A stretch of DNA of 64,000 bases from an uncultured Planctomycetota bacterium (lineage in GTDB: Bacteria; Planctomycetota; Planctomycetia; Isosphaerales; Isosphaeraceae): contig CAWGMQ010000004.1 in NCBI GenBank assembly GCA_963823665.1, positions 2,080,001 to 2,144,000 of the forward strand, read 5' to 3'. The position numbers and the translations under genes are program-made. Below are positions 62,449 through 64,000 of this stretch, in pieces (the stretch's first letter is position 1; each line of letters begins with the position of its first letter). Under the pieces are notes generated by a model that was given only the letters and a program-made list of their open reading frames with translations, was not told the DNA's origin and searched no databases.

Positions 62449-63313
62449 TCATTGCGGCCGAACCGCCGCCGCGCTACGATGACCTATGGCCGGAGCGGTA
62501 GCCGAAATGCCTGAGCAGTTCGCGGCGCCAAGAACGCGGCAAATTCTCTTCTGAAACTGGGATCCTGAACCAGTTCAGACGAGGGCCATGCATTTCACGC
62601 CGTGTCGGAGGTCCGTTTGGAGAAGATCAAGGTACTGCTCTTCGCCGCGAATCCGCGGGGCACAGCACCGCTTGATCTGGCGCGCGAGTTCCGCGAGATC
62701 GACGAAGAAGTGCGTCTGGGCACGTTCCGGAGCGCGGTTGAGCTGATCCTCGTTCCCGGCACGCGGCCGGTTGATCTGCTGCGAAAGCTCAACGAAAACC
62801 AGCCACAGATCGTGCATTTCAGCAGTCACGGTAGTCCGGACGAGATCGTCCTCGAATCCGGGGAGCCAGAGGCCGCGGATGTGGGTTTGGGCGGCGCCAT
62901 TCTTCGTTCGGCTGATGAACGGGACATGAAGAAGGTAGGCCCGGTCGAGGTCGTCGGCTTGGGCCATGGCGAGCCTCAAGTGGTCAGCAAGTCGGCGCTT
63001 GTGAATGTGCTGCGTTCCTGCAACCAGGGTAATCTCCGGCTGGTGGTGCTGAATGCCTGCAGCACCCGGCCACAGGCCGAGGCGCTGACAGAGGTCGTTG
63101 ACTGTGTTGTAAGTATGAATCAGACCATCACGGACCGGGCAGCAATCATGTTCGCGGCCTCGTTTTATGGAGCGCTGGCATTTGGTTGCTCCGTGCAAAA
63201 GGCGTTCGAGCAGGGAGTGGCGCGGTTGGGCGCGGAGGCGATTATCGAGTGCGACACGCCTGAGCTGGTGATAAGGAGGGGAGTTGACGCCGCGCAGGTC
63301 GTGCTGGTTGGAC
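62449..63313 (+). repeat. Segmental duplication copy 2 (leader + CHAT domain)
   Basis: See copy 1. Confidence 0.9.
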
Positions 63314-64000
63314 TGGCACCGAAAACGCCTGCGACCCCGGCCCCCGAGGCTTCGTTCATCGTACCATTTCCGCGGAACGGCGAGTTTGTCGGACGGGATG
63401 GCGACCTGCAGCGGCTGCATGCTCAATTGTCTGGTCCGGGATCGGGCCCGGTCGGCATCCGCCCGGCTGGTCTGACTGGGATGGGCGGCATTGGCAAGAC
63501 CCAGCTCGTGGTCGAGTACGTGTACCGACATCGGGACGATTATCCGGATGGCATCTTCTGGATCGACGCGGCCGGACCTCTGGCTGAAGGCTTTGCCAGG
63601 CTGGCGACGGATCATCGTTTGCGCTGGGCCGAGAACGAACAGCCTCGCGATGAGCAGATTCAGGCGGTGTTCAAGACGTTCGACTCCAGGCCACGAGCGC
63701 TACTGGTGCTCGACAATCTACCTGACCCGTCGGCATTAGCTGTCTCGCTTTCAACTGGCTGTGTACCGGAGGATTTGCGCTGCCGGGTGCTGTTCACAAC
63801 GCGCCGGCACGACCTGGGGCGGTTTGTGGGGATTGAAGTCACGATCCTGCCCGAGGAGCCGGCTTTGCAGCTCCTGCTTCGGCACCCCTCACGCCGCGCG
63901 GCTCTGATACCATCCCATACCGATCACGAGCACGCCCGCGCAATTGCGCGGATGCTCGGCCGCTTACCCCTGGCGCTGGAGCTGGCTGGGGCATACCTTG
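62617..64000 (+). CDS. CHAT protease + NB-ARC (STAND) NTPase, runs off the window
   Basis: Not in the ORF track because there is no stop. TTG start with GGAGG RBS; VHFSSHG and VLNACST; PFPRNGEFVGR, GMGGIGKT, LLVLDN, LFTTR, GRLPLALELAG. Confidence 0.9.
   Translation, partial: MEKIKVLLFAANPRGTAPLDLAREFREIDEEVRLGTFRSAVELILVPGTRPVDLLRKLNENQPQIVHFSSHGSPDEIVLESGEPEAADVGLGGAILRSADERDMKKVGPVEVVGLGHGEPQVVSKSALVNVLRSCNQGNLRLVVLNACSTRPQAEALTEVVDCVVSMNQTITDRAAIMFAASFYGALAFGCSVQKAFEQGVARLGAEAIIECDTPELVIRRGVDAAQVVLVGLAPKTPATPAPEASFIVPFPRNGEFVGRDGDLQRLHAQLSGPGSGPVGIRPAGLTGMGGIGKTQLVVEYVYRHRDDYPDGIFWIDAAGPLAEGFARLATDHRLRWAENEQPRDEQIQAVFKTFDSRPRALLVLDNLPDPSALAVSLSTGCVPEDLRCRVLFTTRRHDLGRFVGIEVTILPEEPALQLLLRHPSRRAALIPSHTDHEHARAIARMLGRLPLALELAGAYL

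Noticed and set aside
50410..63313. Diversity-generating retroelement (TR/VR pair)
   Set aside because: There is no reverse transcriptase in the window, and mismatches between the 143-bp repeat copies I aligned are not adenine-specific.

Overview
GC-rich bacterial DNA, most likely from a planctomycete (Isosphaeraceae-like). This assignment is inferred from LEPRxLL-type N-terminal motifs, ECF sigma/Ser-Thr kinase pairs and the futalosine pathway. About a dozen single-base frameshifts in otherwise intact genes suggest long-read consensus errors. Layout: (1) 1-3.4 kb: a degenerate tRNA-Leu(TAA) with att-site-like motifs, followed by toxin-antitoxin and gene debris. (2) 3.5-42.3 kb: mostly core genes, including a PspA operon, mannose-6-P isomerase, mqnA/mqnC/amidohydrolase with a Nat-type ABC pair, a phosphosugar mutase, a divergent cbb3-type oxidase operon with assembly genes, a POT transporter, an S9 peptidase, TlpA, SirB1 and a helicase-associated protein. 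(3) 43-64 kb: an accessory signalling/conflict locus with an ECF sigma factor, two Ser/Thr kinases (one ZAS-kinase-DUF4384-like), an SGNH hydrolase, a double-STAS protein and four CHAT (caspase-like) proteases with intact His/Cys dyads. Each protease is fused to a different module: a TPR array, TssK-like+GAF, STAND+PP2C/SpoIIE, or NB-ARC. All four proteases and the kinase-DUF4384 protein share a short R-D-M motif, which is my best candidate for the common cleavage site of an undescribed CRISPR-independent proteolytic cascade. All family assignments come from motif recognition by eye; no database searches were run.
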